Shown: one piece after another, positions 18,918 through 29,440 of the stretch
How positions within the stretch are numbered: position 1 is the first letter of the stretch
Layout of the letters: the number at the start of each line of letters is the position of its first letter
Source of the DNA: Porphyridium purpureum
Lineage: Eukaryota
Reading direction: 5' to 3'
Assembly (NCBI GenBank): GCA_008690995.1
Contig: VRMN01000015.1
Location: 62,001 to 126,000, forward strand
DNA: 64,000 nt
Notes under the pieces: model-generated
What the model was told of the DNA's origin: nothing
Databases searched by the model: none
What the model saw: only the letters and a program-made list of their open reading frames with translations
Program-made: the position numbers and the translations under genes

Positions 18918-20555
18918 TCACAACATGGAGCCGATCGCCTGCGCGAGTTGACCTGCCAATGTGCTTGGGTCGCGCGAGCGAAAGTAGCAGCCAGGCAGCA
19001 TCATTAGTTTTTCGCTCTTCGGCACGTACGCGCGTTTCGTAAAATTATCATACCCATTCTCCTCAATCACATCAAGGATTTTCCTGTATATTTCAAGCGA
19101 TGCCTGGACAGGCAGCCGGGCGTCCGAGCTTAGCAGACCGATACCTGCATGTGCTCGGTCAAAGTAGGAGCGCGCGCGCGCAATCTGGAACTGCATCAGA
19201 CGAATGTACCTGGAGTCGATCACGCCATCCATGAGATCCTTCTCAGAGTAATCAAAGCGGCGCAGGTCTTCCTGCGGAATGTAGATACGACCACGCAGAC
19301 GATCCTCCCCGACATCGCGAAGAATATTTGTGAGCTGCAGGGCCACGCCCAAGCTCAGGGCCGCGGGCTTTGCCGCCTCGAGCATTTCTGCCGAGCCGTC
19401 CGCACTGCCCATGACGGGCAGCGTCATGAGGCCCACAGTGCCGGCCACGCGGTAGCAGTACACGTACAAGTCGTCAAATGTCTCAAAACGATCCTGCTCT
19501 ACATCCATCAGCATCCCGGCGATCATGTCCCTGTACGGCTGAATTTCCATGGCCGGGTACCGTCGAACGGTGTCCACAAATGCCAGCTCGAGGCCGTCTT
19601 GCGCCTCGCCCCTGAACAGTCCCTCAAGCCGCCGCTCCCAGTCTGCCAGCACGTCGCGCAGCGAGCTGCATCGCTGCTCGACGCGTGGCCCGTCGACGAG
19701 ATCGTCCGTTCGCCGGCACCAAACGTAAATGGCCCACACGGCCGTTCGCTTTGCCGGCGCGAGAAAACTCGTGCCCAACGCGAACGTTTTTGCATACACT
19801 GCGGTAATGCGCTGGCACTCTTCGTACAAACGCGGCAAGATGCGCTCGCGCAGCTTTGCCTGCTTGTACTGCGCCTCGTACGAGCCAAGCCGATGGATCA
19901 TGGCGCCTTCGCACACCTGACGCTCTTCGTGGTCGCTGTAGTACTTCAGCTCCTGCGCTTCGGCCTCCTTTGCGGCGTCTCCCCTCCGGCCGCGCTGATT
20001 TTCGCCGAGAACCACCCGCTTCTCTTGCTCGTCGACCGCGCGGACCGCGCCGTTGATCTCACGCCTCCGATTGGTGCTGCGGCGCGCCCCATCGACGACG
20101 CTGGACCCCGGTGCTCCGCCCGCGCCATTCACTCCGTTCAAGGCCTTTCTATCCGCCGAGGACCTGAACTGGGCCATGTCCTCATTGGACGCGGTGTCGC
20201 TGCTCTGCTGCTGCGCCGCGGCGGCGGACGTGCGCATGACTGCGCGGCGCGCCGCGAGCCCATCTCCGCCTCCACACGCACGCACGCCCTTCGCGCGTGC
20301 CGGCGGCCCACCCGCTCGCCTCGCGGTCGCGCCGCCACCGGCGTCCCAAACCCAACCACCATCATCTTCCCCACACCACACCCACCACCGCTCCCCGGAG
20401 CAATGCTGCCCTAATGCCCCGCTCCTGCCCTTCCCCGCCCCCACCCGCCCGGCCTCCCCGCGACGTGTGTGCCCTGCCCCTCCCTTCTCTCCCCCGCACT
20501 CACACCACATTCCCGCGCGCCCCGGCTGTCTGCCTCTCCATCCGCCCTCCGCCAT
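18918..20555 (-). CDS. PSY: Phytoene synthase, plastid-targeted
   Basis: YAKTFALGT, VWAIYVWCRRTDDLVDGP, YCYRVAGTVGLM, LGVALQLTNILRDVGED..RGRIYIPQEDL, YDNFTKRAYV. N-terminus uncertain (probable true ATG at 20365, out of frame). Confidence 0.96.
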   Translation of the reverse strand: MAEGGWRGRQPGRAGMWCECGGEKGGAGHTRRGEAGRVGAGKGRSGALGQHCSGERWWVWCGEDDGGWVWDAGGGATARRAGGPPARAKGVRACGGGDGLAARRAVMRTSAAAAQQQSSDTASNEDMAQFRSSADRKALNGVNGAGGAPGSSVVDGARRSTNRRREINGAVRAVDEQEKRVVLGENQRGRRGDAAKEAEAQELKYYSDHEERQVCEGAMIHRLGSYEAQYKQAKLRERILPRLYEECQRITAVYAKTFALGTSFLAPAKRTAVWAIYVWCRRTDDLVDGPRVEQRCSSLRDVLADWERRLEGLFRGEAQDGLELAFVDTVRRYPAMEIQPYRDMIAGMLMDVEQDRFETFDDLYVYCYRVAGTVGLMTLPVMGSADGSAEMLEAAKPAALSLGVALQLTNILRDVGEDRLRGRIYIPQEDLRRFDYSEKDLMDGVIDSRYIRLMQFQIARARSYFDRAHAGIGLLSSDARLPVQASLEIYRKILDVIEENGYDNFTKRAYVPKSEKLMMLPGCYFRSRDPSTLAGQLAQAIGSML

Positions 20556-21334
20556 TGACCTCGCCAGAAACCGCCTCCGAAAAGCACAACAGCGCAAAAG
20601 GCGCTGCTCTCACGCACGCCACAGAACCTCAGTGTACCTCCCCCTACGCAAACGGCGTGCGGGCGCGATGCTCTGCGCAGCACGCTCCGACGCGCGCGTC
20701 GCGTGGTCGGGCGCGTGTTGCTGGCGGCAATGGCTGCTCGCGCGCACGTTTCACTACGCACGCGCAACCGCGCGCATTTCGCACCGCTGCGGCTGCTGCT
20801 TCAGCCGTGCCGGCTCGGCAGCAGCAGCGGTGGTGGTCGTGGTGGTCGTCGTCGTCTTGTTCTTGCTGGTGCTTCGTCAACAGCATCTGCGCAGCAGCAC
20901 GCGCACGCGCGCGCAGCGCACCGCGGCGCAGACAAGCTCACGAACACGCACGCACGCCAGCTGAGATCGGCTGGCGTGCATGGATGCGGCATTGCTTTGA
21001 CATCCCCGCGCCTTCCCCCCCGCCCCGCAAGCGCCGTCACATCAAAAGTGCGCCGTAGCAAAACACACCCGCCAGGCGCGTGTACAGTGCGCGTGTGTGT
21101 GTGTGAGTGTGGGTTAGGTCAGTACAGTACGGGGCGGGCGTTTGCACCATTCTGATAAATCGAACCTTTTTATTGGAGAAGGCGCAGGTACGGTCGCTGT
21201 ACTTTGAGTAAGTGAGTGCGGGTGTCCGCCCAGGAGGAATTTGGGAGCAGGAGGGATGAGGAGAGAGGTGAGAAGAGGAGAGGAGGGTGGGGAGGGAAGG
21301 GGGCGACGAGGGTGGGGGTTGGTGTTTTGGTGCG

Positions 21335-21739
21335 ATGAGGCAGAGGGATATGGAGGCATCTTCGCAGGGTGCTGGGGATAATGGCTCTGGTATCACGTAT
21401 GGCATGGTAACCGCGCGAGATGCGCCGTCGCAAGGGTCGTCGGGAGGCGAGAATGATGGCCTGGGCGCAGGCCTGTCGTCGGGAGGCAAGACGCCCGAGG
21501 AGCTCAAGGCCGCGCGCGCGGCGCGCAACCGCGAGGCCGCCATGCGGTCGCGCCACGCCGCAAAGGTGCGCAAGGAGGCCATTGAGAAGGAGCATCGCGA
21601 GCTGACCACACAAAAGGCGCAGTCCATGGCAGAGTGCAAGGCGCTGCTCAAGCTCTACGAGGACAGGTTTGGGTCCGCGCAGCTGCAGGAACTCATGCGC
21701 CACGAACGCTTCCAAATGCCGCCAGAGGACACAAAGTAG
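21335..21739 (+). CDS. Small bZIP transcription factor
   Basis: Basic region ARAARNREAAMRSR (N-x7-R) followed by a short atypical zipper; GA-rich leader. Confidence 0.8.
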   Translation: MRQRDMEASSQGAGDNGSGITYGMVTARDAPSQGSSGGENDGLGAGLSSGGKTPEELKAARAARNREAAMRSRHAAKVRKEAIEKEHRELTTQKAQSMAECKALLKLYEDRFGSAQLQELMRHERFQMPPEDTK

Positions 21740-22220
21740 GTTCTGGACTCACATTGACTGCGTGCTTTTTATGCGCGCTCGAACAACGAAGAGACCGCGC
21801 GTTTCCGCGAACTGCGCTCCGCACGCCCATTGGGCTCGGCTCTAACCCCCCTACCGGTTTGTGTCTTCAGTGCTCGGCATTTTGTCACTCACCTTTTATG
21901 GACCCCGCGACGCTATTTTGATTTGCGGGCTTGGTCTGAAGCATGTCTTCTGCCAGTGTGCAAGAAGAGATCACCTCGACCGCACCGTGAACGCGCGGCG
22001 TAGCGCGACATCACGGGATAGCCGGTATCCTTGCGATCTCACATGGAAAAGCAGGCGGTGCATGCACGAGGAAAAGGTGTCAAGCTGTTGGACGCCAAGA
22101 AAAACTGCCAGATTCTCGTGTGATTTTGTGCATTACTCGTTTACATGACATAACGGTGGCCCCTTATTCACTAGGAAAACGTCCAATGAAGCCAGACGGA
22201 TGCTGAAGAGGTACCACCTA

Positions 22221-23999
22221 TCAACTCTTGCTCGCCACGGACTTGAGAGCTGCCGGAACAACTGGTGCCGGACTGGCTGTACCCGTACGTGTGAAAGACG
22301 ATAGTCGAATAAACTTTGTCAGAACAGACAGGACAGCCGCAATGGCGGGCACAAAGCTCATGCGGAACGGTTTTCGGTGGCCATGTCCAATGAGAGGCGT
22401 CAGACATAACGTTGGTTCTGGAAGATGCGGCGACGTGGAGCTCTTGTCAGCCAAGCCTTTGAGCTTATTGTACATGGTCTGCGCCTCTGACGCCGGAACC
22501 ACCTCGTCTTCGTAACCATGGATGAGCAGGACCGGAAATGTGAACTTATCGACGTATCGAATCGGGCTCATTTCGTCCATCATGCTGCGCGTGTGAGGAA
22601 GAATGCGCATCACATGCGACAGACGGTACGCGACGTCCGTTTGTAGCCGCGTAAACTCTTCTGCAACTTCGGGGGCGCTTGATTCCAGATATTCGACCAG
22701 CGGCTTCACGTTGCAGGTGGTGCGAGAACGCACAGCGATCCGAAGCGCTTCAATGACGTTTGCGCGAAGATGGCGCGGCAGCGCGTGCGGCTCGCCGCGC
22801 GCATCGAGCTCTGCGTAGGAAAAATGGAGAAAGTTGTACATCAGAATATTGCGACACGTATCGTCGTCTTCCGGCAAGCCGCACATGGCCTTCATGCTCG
22901 CGCTCTCAACGTTTGCAAACGAACCGACACACAAAATGACACGAATACGCGAGGCCAGCTCTGCATCTCGCGCAGCGGCAATCATGCTCATGCTGCCAGA
23001 CATGCTAGCTCCAAAAACGCTGATCATGCCGGAAGGGCACAGCTCCTTGTGCGTTGAGATTCGGTTGAGCGCCTCGCCCACAGCATCAATGCCAGAAGGA
23101 TCAAGCTGAAACGCTTTGAACTGCTCAATCTCCGGCATGACGCACACAAATCCAGCCGAGGCAAAAGCGCGCGCAAATTTTTGAACCCGCCCATCCTCGA
23201 CACCAAGAGGATGAATTCCGTGCATGAGCACAATGGTCGAGCGCTCAGTCGCGCGTGCATCAGGCGCTCCACCCATCCCAGATGCATCATTGACCACGGG
23301 CCAGAAGCAGACGGCCCGCGCGCCATTCTTTAGCTGGATCTCCTTTTGCTCGACTCGAGTGTTTCGATTTCGCGCATTTGCACTAGAAAGAAGTTGAACG
23401 CTAACCTGCGCACCACTCAGGAAAGCAAAGGTTGATTGCAATGGCAGCGTCGAGACCTGTGCGCCCGCATTTCGCACAGCCTTCAGCCAGCGCTGAATTT
23501 TCCGCCTCGTCACGCGCACATTTGCCAGTTGCGTCTGCACCACCGACCGCGACGGCTTCTGCAGGACTTGCGCTCGTGAATCAGACACCGTCTCACCCGG
23601 TACGCCATGCGTTGACGACTCGGACGCGTGGGTCACAGAATTCTTCGAAGTAGCCTGCACCTGGCCAAAAGTTCTTCTCCTCGTTCTTCGGCCAGCCCTG
23701 TGTGTGTCATCGCCAACAATTCTGCCGGCATCTAATCTGGCCCGAGCAGGGACTCGTGTTCGATGGCGGCGCGAGAACACATGTGGCGAGCGGCAAACCG
23801 CGCCGAGACGGCATCTCTTACCGCAAGCGGAGCTGCAACTTGAAGGTACGCATGATGCTGCGACGAATGCCGCTGCTGGACGCGGCGCCATCGTGTCCAT
23901 CGCAGTTGCTCTCTGTCTTTTGCTCTTCGTCTTGGCCAGCGCACATGCACCAACCGCACATTCGTTGGAAGCAAAATCACGAGGTACAGCGACAAACAT
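22221..23999 (-). CDS. Alpha/beta-hydrolase fold protein with long organelle-targeting-like N-terminus
   Basis: IVLMHG oxyanion strand, GASMSG nucleophile elbow, PVLLIHGYEDEVVP (Asp), GHG (His). Confidence 0.85.
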   Translation of the reverse strand: MFVAVPRDFASNECAVGACALAKTKSKRQRATAMDTMAPRPAAAFVAASCVPSSCSSACGKRCRLGAVCRSPHVFSRRHRTRVPARARLDAGRIVGDDTHRAGRRTRRRTFGQVQATSKNSVTHASESSTHGVPGETVSDSRAQVLQKPSRSVVQTQLANVRVTRRKIQRWLKAVRNAGAQVSTLPLQSTFAFLSGAQVSVQLLSSANARNRNTRVEQKEIQLKNGARAVCFWPVVNDASGMGGAPDARATERSTIVLMHGIHPLGVEDGRVQKFARAFASAGFVCVMPEIEQFKAFQLDPSGIDAVGEALNRISTHKELCPSGMISVFGASMSGSMSMIAAARDAELASRIRVILCVGSFANVESASMKAMCGLPEDDDTCRNILMYNFLHFSYAELDARGEPHALPRHLRANVIEALRIAVRSRTTCNVKPLVEYLESSAPEVAEEFTRLQTDVAYRLSHVMRILPHTRSMMDEMSPIRYVDKFTFPVLLIHGYEDEVVPASEAQTMYNKLKGLADKSSTSPHLPEPTLCLTPLIGHGHRKPFRMSFVPAIAAVLSVLTKFIRLSSFTRTGTASPAPVVPAALKSVASKS

Positions 24000-24142
24000 G
24001 GCAAGCTGTTTGCGGGGAGGGTGGGTGTGTGTGTGTGCGTGTGTTTGTGTATTGAACAGTTGAACAACGATGACAGGATGTACATGAGAAGCTTTCATTC
24101 ACAATGCCAAACGCTCACTCCTCTTTTCTAATGGCTCGCTGG

Positions 24143-25966
24143 CTACGTTCGCCGTTCCTTCTCAAGCTGGATGTGATCAAGCCAGCCGCAAAACTCTTCC
24201 GGGTCGCGGTGCGTGTTGACAATCCACGGATGTTTCAGCAGCGCTTCAGTGCGCGGCCTCTTCTTAGGGTCCACATTCGCACACATAAGGATAAAGGACT
24301 CGCAGTCCTTGCTGAAGCGGCCGTGCGGTAAGAGATTTTCTGTCATCGTCGCCTCAATGTAGTCGAAATAGCTGTGCGGCTTCTCGAAGGGGTACCGGCC
24401 AAGCAGGCACTCGGCTAGAGACACGCCCAGCCCCCAAATATCGCTTGCGTATGTGTAATTGCTTCCGTGCAGCCTCTCGGGTGACATGTATGCGACTGTA
24501 CCGACAAACGTGTTCGCTTGAGAAATGCCTGCAGCGACGTCGCGCGCGAGACCAAAGTCCGACAGTTTGGCACGCGCGCTCTGCTTCGACAAGAGAATGT
24601 TAGCTGTTTTGAAATCTCGATGCAGAACATGCGAGTCGTGCAAAAACTTGAGGCCCTGGAGACAGTGAAACGCAATATGGTTCGTAACGCTCTCCGGAAT
24701 CGGCCCAAAGTCGGCGATCACGTCGCACAGTGCACCTGAGTCCATGTACTCCAGCGCGAGGTGTACATTTCGTTTGCTCGGGTCGTAGAATGCACCGTAG
24801 AATCGGACGAGAAATCGACTGACATATGTCGTGAGCGTCTCCAGCTCCTTCATGAGTTGGGTTTGCTTATCCTCGTCTGCCACGTTGACCACTTTGACTG
24901 CAAGCGGCATCCCGCTCGGTGAGTGCGATGCCAAGTACACACGCCCTGACGCGCCCTGTCCGATCGTCTTCACCGCCACCATTTCGGTAAAATCACGAAT
25001 CTCCAAAATTTTGTGCGCGCTGCGCGGCACGCCATCCAGCGAGGAGCCGCGGGATCTTCGCTGCTCTCCAATATCAGGCCGCGCTAATATACCTTCTTGC
25101 GAAATCTGAAAGCCGTTCCTATGAAATGTGCCATCATTCCTGAATATGTCTTCCAGGTTCAACGACTCCTTCCCGGAGACTGGACGCGAATTCTTCTTTG
25201 GCGGGCCCGGCAGTCTTCTTGAGGGCGAGTTTACGGGTGCGTCCATCACCAACGTTTTCTTGTCTGGCCTGATGTTCTGCTGAACATCGCTAAGCGAGCC
25301 AGGTGTCGCGGAAGCGGTGTTCGCCGACTGGATACTGCTCCCATCAAGGCCCGTGCCCATGACGACCATGACGCCCATGGGCTGAATGAGCTGACCCACA
25401 CTGTCTTCCTTTGTCATAATAGTTAGTTTCTGTTTGCGCTTTTTCATTCCGCCGACGCTGCCACTGCCACTGGCAGTCGCACCAAGGGGCGAGCCCAGCT
25501 GCGCACTCCTCGGTGTGGATTGTGTCTCCGCAGCCTCCGTGGAAGATAATTGTGGTGGAGCACGCGCTCTGGGGCTTTTCTGGTCCATACCTCGGAAAGA
25601 GGACGACAGGCCCGGATCGGATTCGGACGCGGCGCCCATTGACGCCGAGTGCGTGACTGAGTCTGCTGCTCCTGGAGAAAGCAACCCGCCTTCGCCGTTC
25701 GCGTTGGGCGGCTCGCTCATCCTCCGCTCGACCGCGTCCGGTGGTGACAATCCGAGACCGAGCGCATGCCCGTCTTTGCCTAATGGATCCGAAATGTTGC
25801 CCTGTGATGAACGGTCCACACCAGGCGAGCGAGCTAGGGCGCTGCTCGAGCCCTTCGAAGATCTTTCTATCTCAGATTCGCGGTCCGGCATCGACGACTG
25901 GCTTTGCAGAAGCGGTTCGCGCTTGTCCTTGCGCTTGAACTTGTCAAACATGCGTGACATCGCCAT
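24143..25966 (-). CDS. Mitogen-activated protein kinase kinase (MAP2K, STE7 family)
   Basis: IGQGASGRV, LAVK, LEYMDSG, HRDFKTANILL, DFGLARDVAAGISQANTFVGTVAYMSPERL, DIWGLG; long disordered N-terminus. Confidence 0.92.
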   Translation of the reverse strand: MAMSRMFDKFKRKDKREPLLQSQSSMPDRESEIERSSKGSSSALARSPGVDRSSQGNISDPLGKDGHALGLGLSPPDAVERRMSEPPNANGEGGLLSPGAADSVTHSASMGAASESDPGLSSSFRGMDQKSPRARAPPQLSSTEAAETQSTPRSAQLGSPLGATASGSGSVGGMKKRKQKLTIMTKEDSVGQLIQPMGVMVVMGTGLDGSSIQSANTASATPGSLSDVQQNIRPDKKTLVMDAPVNSPSRRLPGPPKKNSRPVSGKESLNLEDIFRNDGTFHRNGFQISQEGILARPDIGEQRRSRGSSLDGVPRSAHKILEIRDFTEMVAVKTIGQGASGRVYLASHSPSGMPLAVKVVNVADEDKQTQLMKELETLTTYVSRFLVRFYGAFYDPSKRNVHLALEYMDSGALCDVIADFGPIPESVTNHIAFHCLQGLKFLHDSHVLHRDFKTANILLSKQSARAKLSDFGLARDVAAGISQANTFVGTVAYMSPERLHGSNYTYASDIWGLGVSLAECLLGRYPFEKPHSYFDYIEATMTENLLPHGRFSKDCESFILMCANVDPKKRPRTEALLKHPWIVNTHRDPEEFCGWLDHIQLEKERRT

Positions 25967-26818
25967 GGCGACGTTGTTCCGCGCCCGCGACCTTCGATCC
26001 CTTCGCGCGACGCCCTCCCCGCTACCCCCACTCAGCTCCGTCCCGTGCCACGCACGGCGCTATCCCCCGACGTCCTCGGTCCAACGAGCGGACCCAACCT
26101 CCTTGAAATTCCCCCGCCACTCGCGCTTGGCTTTCTCACGCACACGCTCCGCCCACCGTTCGCGACGGCCCGCGCGCGCGCACCCCGCGTATACACCTTG
26201 CTCCCCACTCGCGCGTCGCCCGCCACGTCCACCTCGCCCACGGCCTCCCAGCACCCCGCGCGCGGATCCACGCCGATGCGCCGCGCGTCTGCCCCGCTCG
26301 ATCACGCTGTGCGACGCACACTCATTCGACCCCCGGATGCAAGCACCTCCTGCGCGCGCTCTTCCCAGGACCTTCGCGCTGCAATCCGGCTCCAGCCACT
26401 CCACGCCCGACGCGCGCCAGTCTCTCCCAGCCTCTCTCCTTCTCTCTCTCTTTCTCTCTCACCCACGCACCACACCCAAACACCACCAACCCACTCTTAT
26501 CCCACTCGCCCCACCGCGTTTCGTTGTCCTTGTCATTTTCTTCTCTCGCGTCCACGTGCAAAAACAACAGACGCAACAACCAACTGCACCTCGAAACTGT
26601 ACACCCTCAAATCACCCCCGTTTTACAATACTCAACACGTGGCGCTCAGCGCAACCTGAACCGGTTTCAAAACAATTAAAGAAAACATTAAAAAAGAAAA
26701 TAAAGGTCATGAAAAAAACCGCCATGGAAAAAACCCGGTGGTGAAACCCGGTGCCGGGTATGGTGAATTGGGGGTTGGGGGGTTGGGGGGAAGGAGAGAG
26801 GGAGAGGGGGAGAGAGGG

Positions 26819-28444
26819 ATGGCGGACGAGGATGATGCGCGGCTGCGCGCACTCGTGGAGGAGTTTGGGCTGGATGATGAGGTGGTGCAGAGCGTCAAGG
26901 TTGCTGTCGGAAACGATGCGAGGCGCGCGTTCGAGGTCCTGTGTGAAATGGTCGTGCCGCAGCACGAGCGCGACGCAGCGACGATGCAGTCGGGTCTGCG
27001 GGCCGCGCCTCGGGCCGTGGACAGCTTGGAGAGGGAGGAGGACGCCGCTCTGCATATCCGGGAGGAGAGGCCGGAAAGTGGTGACGCAATGCGGAGCGCG
27101 AAGGACACACGCGTGTCCGGCACAATGGACGTGCATTCGAAAATCGATCAGCTGATTGCCGAATTCAAGCTGGACCATGAGATGGTGCGATTCGTGTTGG
27201 AAGCGCTGGAAAACGACGAAGAGCAAGCGTTTGAGCTCCTGTGCGAAATGGTCGGGAACTTTGATTTCCCGCTCTGTCCGGAAAATCCATCCAGCGAGGC
27301 AAGCCAGCACGGTCCAACAGTGGATGCGTGTCCTGCGAGCGCAAGCCAGTCCGGGAATCAGCCCGATATCAGCGCTACGCACGTCAAGTATAGACGAAAG
27401 CAGCCCAAGGACTCGCAAGGACAATCGCCGGCGGGATCTGAGAACCACAGGCAGCCGCGTCAGCGCCCACGCGCATCGTCAAAGACGTCTTTAAAATTAT
27501 CTTATCAAGAATTCCACAAAGCCATTGATGATGACGCGTTCGCAAACGTGTGGACAAACCAATACCATGGCGGCGGGCGGCGTTTAGCGGCCAAGGAAAG
27601 GGCGCCAGAACTGTGCCTCAAATACCCGTGGGCCGAGCGCCGGGTCGTAGAACATCTTTTCGAGCAGCTTGACGGCGATGGTGCAAAGGTGGAAGAAACG
27701 TTGAGACTGATGCTTCCGCAAGTAGAGGACGCGCCTGACTTTGTCCTTCCTGTACGTGAAGTCGGCAATGATAGCGAACGTGCGTCTGAGCAGTACGTGC
27801 CAAGTGCGCGGTCCGGTGGAGCGGTATCCGCAATGGAAACAACATCCGCAGGTACGGAGGGAGGAGCGTTCGAGTCGGGAGGCTCTCAAGCATTCGACAA
27901 GCTCAACATCTCCGTAAAGGAGCTGGAGCAGGACATGCTCGAGCTGGCTCGCAGTGTAACGTGCAAGATGCAGCTGAGCGGACGCGAAGAAGGTGAACTT
28001 CTTGTTCCGTTCGCGCGTCTGCTCGCGTTGGGAACGCAGCGGGACTCGTGCCTGCGCCTCGCCGCGTCGTCACGCAACTATAACTTTGTGAACCAAGCGA
28101 ATGCTCTCGAACGCCAGCGTGCACCACTTGAGCACCAAATCATGCAGCTCGTGACAGCCCCGGGGCACAGCTTTGCACTGGTGGATACTCTCGACCTGCA
28201 TGGCCTGTTGGTCAAAGATGCACTCTTCCTGACTCGGGCAAAGTTGGCAGCATGTCGACAGGCACGGCTCGATGGATGCGTCGACGCCAAATTGTCCCGG
28301 CAGCTGCAACTGATCACCGGGCGGGGAAATCGGAGCGGTTCAAAAGGCGCGGCCATTCGGCCCGCACTCGAGGCCTTCTTGACCGACCGCCGGCTGAAAT
28401 ACACACTGGATCCGCACGGCGGGATCCTGCGAGTCAGAGTCTGA
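26819..28444 (+). CDS. CUE-like repeat plus Smr domain protein (Cue2/N4BP2-like architecture)
   Basis: C-terminal LDLHGLLVKDA...LITGRGNRSG...IRPALEAFL...GILRV (Smr); N-terminal repeats EEFGLDDEVV..NDARRAFEVLCEMV and AEFKLDHEMV..NDEEQAFELLCEMV. Confidence 0.85.
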   Translation: MADEDDARLRALVEEFGLDDEVVQSVKVAVGNDARRAFEVLCEMVVPQHERDAATMQSGLRAAPRAVDSLEREEDAALHIREERPESGDAMRSAKDTRVSGTMDVHSKIDQLIAEFKLDHEMVRFVLEALENDEEQAFELLCEMVGNFDFPLCPENPSSEASQHGPTVDACPASASQSGNQPDISATHVKYRRKQPKDSQGQSPAGSENHRQPRQRPRASSKTSLKLSYQEFHKAIDDDAFANVWTNQYHGGGRRLAAKERAPELCLKYPWAERRVVEHLFEQLDGDGAKVEETLRLMLPQVEDAPDFVLPVREVGNDSERASEQYVPSARSGGAVSAMETTSAGTEGGAFESGGSQAFDKLNISVKELEQDMLELARSVTCKMQLSGREEGELLVPFARLLALGTQRDSCLRLAASSRNYNFVNQANALERQRAPLEHQIMQLVTAPGHSFALVDTLDLHGLLVKDALFLTRAKLAACRQARLDGCVDAKLSRQLQLITGRGNRSGSKGAAIRPALEAFLTDRRLKYTLDPHGGILRVRV

Positions 28445-28573
28445 GCAGCAAACTATTTAATTTCTTTTTCTTTGCAAGGCGAGCACGGGCTGGCGAAGAC
28501 TAAAGACTACACATACTAAACGAAAGGCCAGCTAGCGAGAAGCGATTTCTTTAACGGACGCTCCCTGTCTGCC

Positions 28574-29440
28574 TTATTCGTCGTCCTTTGCGTCGTCCTT
28601 TGCATCCTTCTTCGCCGCCTTCTTCTGTGGCTTCACTTTCTCTTCCTCCGCTTCGGAGCCATCTCCCTTCCTGCCCAGCTTTGTCAGCAGCTTTTCAGCC
28701 AACGCCATTCTCAGCGGGACCGTCTCCTTCTGCAGCATAAAGTACGCCGAAGGATCCTCGGTATTTGCGAATGAGGGCCTGCGGAACTCCATGGCCGGCG
28801 CCTTGTTGCGGATGCGCGCGGGAAAATAGCGTTGGTACGCCGCGTCGTCCAGCGTCTCCGGTTCGCTCTGCGCCGGCGCTTCCGGAGCCACGTAGTTCTT
28901 GGTGGTCGCGCCGGACTTCCAAAATGGCTTGTTGTTAGAGTTGGCCTTGACGCCGTTTGACGCAGCGTCGATCTTCTCAAAGGCGACAGCGACGCGGTTG
29001 GCGCTCAGTGAGATCACCGGCGCCATGTTTCGCCACGAGCTTGGGTAGAAATCCTCGACTGGGTTGCCGGTCTTCTTCACGTAGGCGGGAGCCTGCTCCT
29101 TGGCCTTGTACGTCATTCGCTTTACCGGGTTGAGGGACGCGTACAAGGACATATTTGCCAAGATCCCCATGGCGGCGGCCTGGTCCGCGGCGACTTTCTT
29201 ATCCTCGGTCTTGACCTTGCGGCTCATGTCGGAGCCCTTATCTGTGAGCACGATCTCTGGCGCGACGCTTGTGCCCATGTACTGGTTCTTCTTCGCGGTG
29301 GCCGCCAGTCCCGCCCGTGCGACCGGCAGCACGACCATGGTGGTCGGGCACGCGTGCGTGCGCGCGACAGCCGCTCCTTTCGCCGGCCACGCGCGGCGCT
29401 GCCCGCCGACTCCACATCCCCCAGACACAAACGCAGCCAT
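28574..29440 (-). CDS. Plastid-targeted 288-aa protein resembling red-algal phycobilisome rod-core linker (LRC5/LRC4 type)
   Basis: Red-algal transit peptide MAAFVSGG; repeated (Y/F)(Y/F)P-x4-N-x-AP motifs (DFYPSSWRNMAP, RYFPARIRNKAP); charged K/D tail. Linker assignment is from recall of red-algal PBS linkers, not from a search. Confidence 0.62.
   Translation of the reverse strand: MAAFVSGGCGVGGQRRAWPAKGAAVARTHACPTTMVVLPVARAGLAATAKKNQYMGTSVAPEIVLTDKGSDMSRKVKTEDKKVAADQAAAMGILANMSLYASLNPVKRMTYKAKEQAPAYVKKTGNPVEDFYPSSWRNMAPVISLSANRVAVAFEKIDAASNGVKANSNNKPFWKSGATTKNYVAPEAPAQSEPETLDDAAYQRYFPARIRNKAPAMEFRRPSFANTEDPSAYFMLQKETVPLRMALAEKLLTKLGRKGDGSEAEEEKVKPQKKAAKKDAKDDAKDDE

Noticed and set aside
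19149..20414. Long antisense/alternative ORFs (also 4906-5979, 25434-26744, 50197-50964, 62144-63331)
   Set aside because: They overlap well-supported genes or GC-rich UTRs, have R/A/P-biased composition and no motifs; expected in high-GC DNA.
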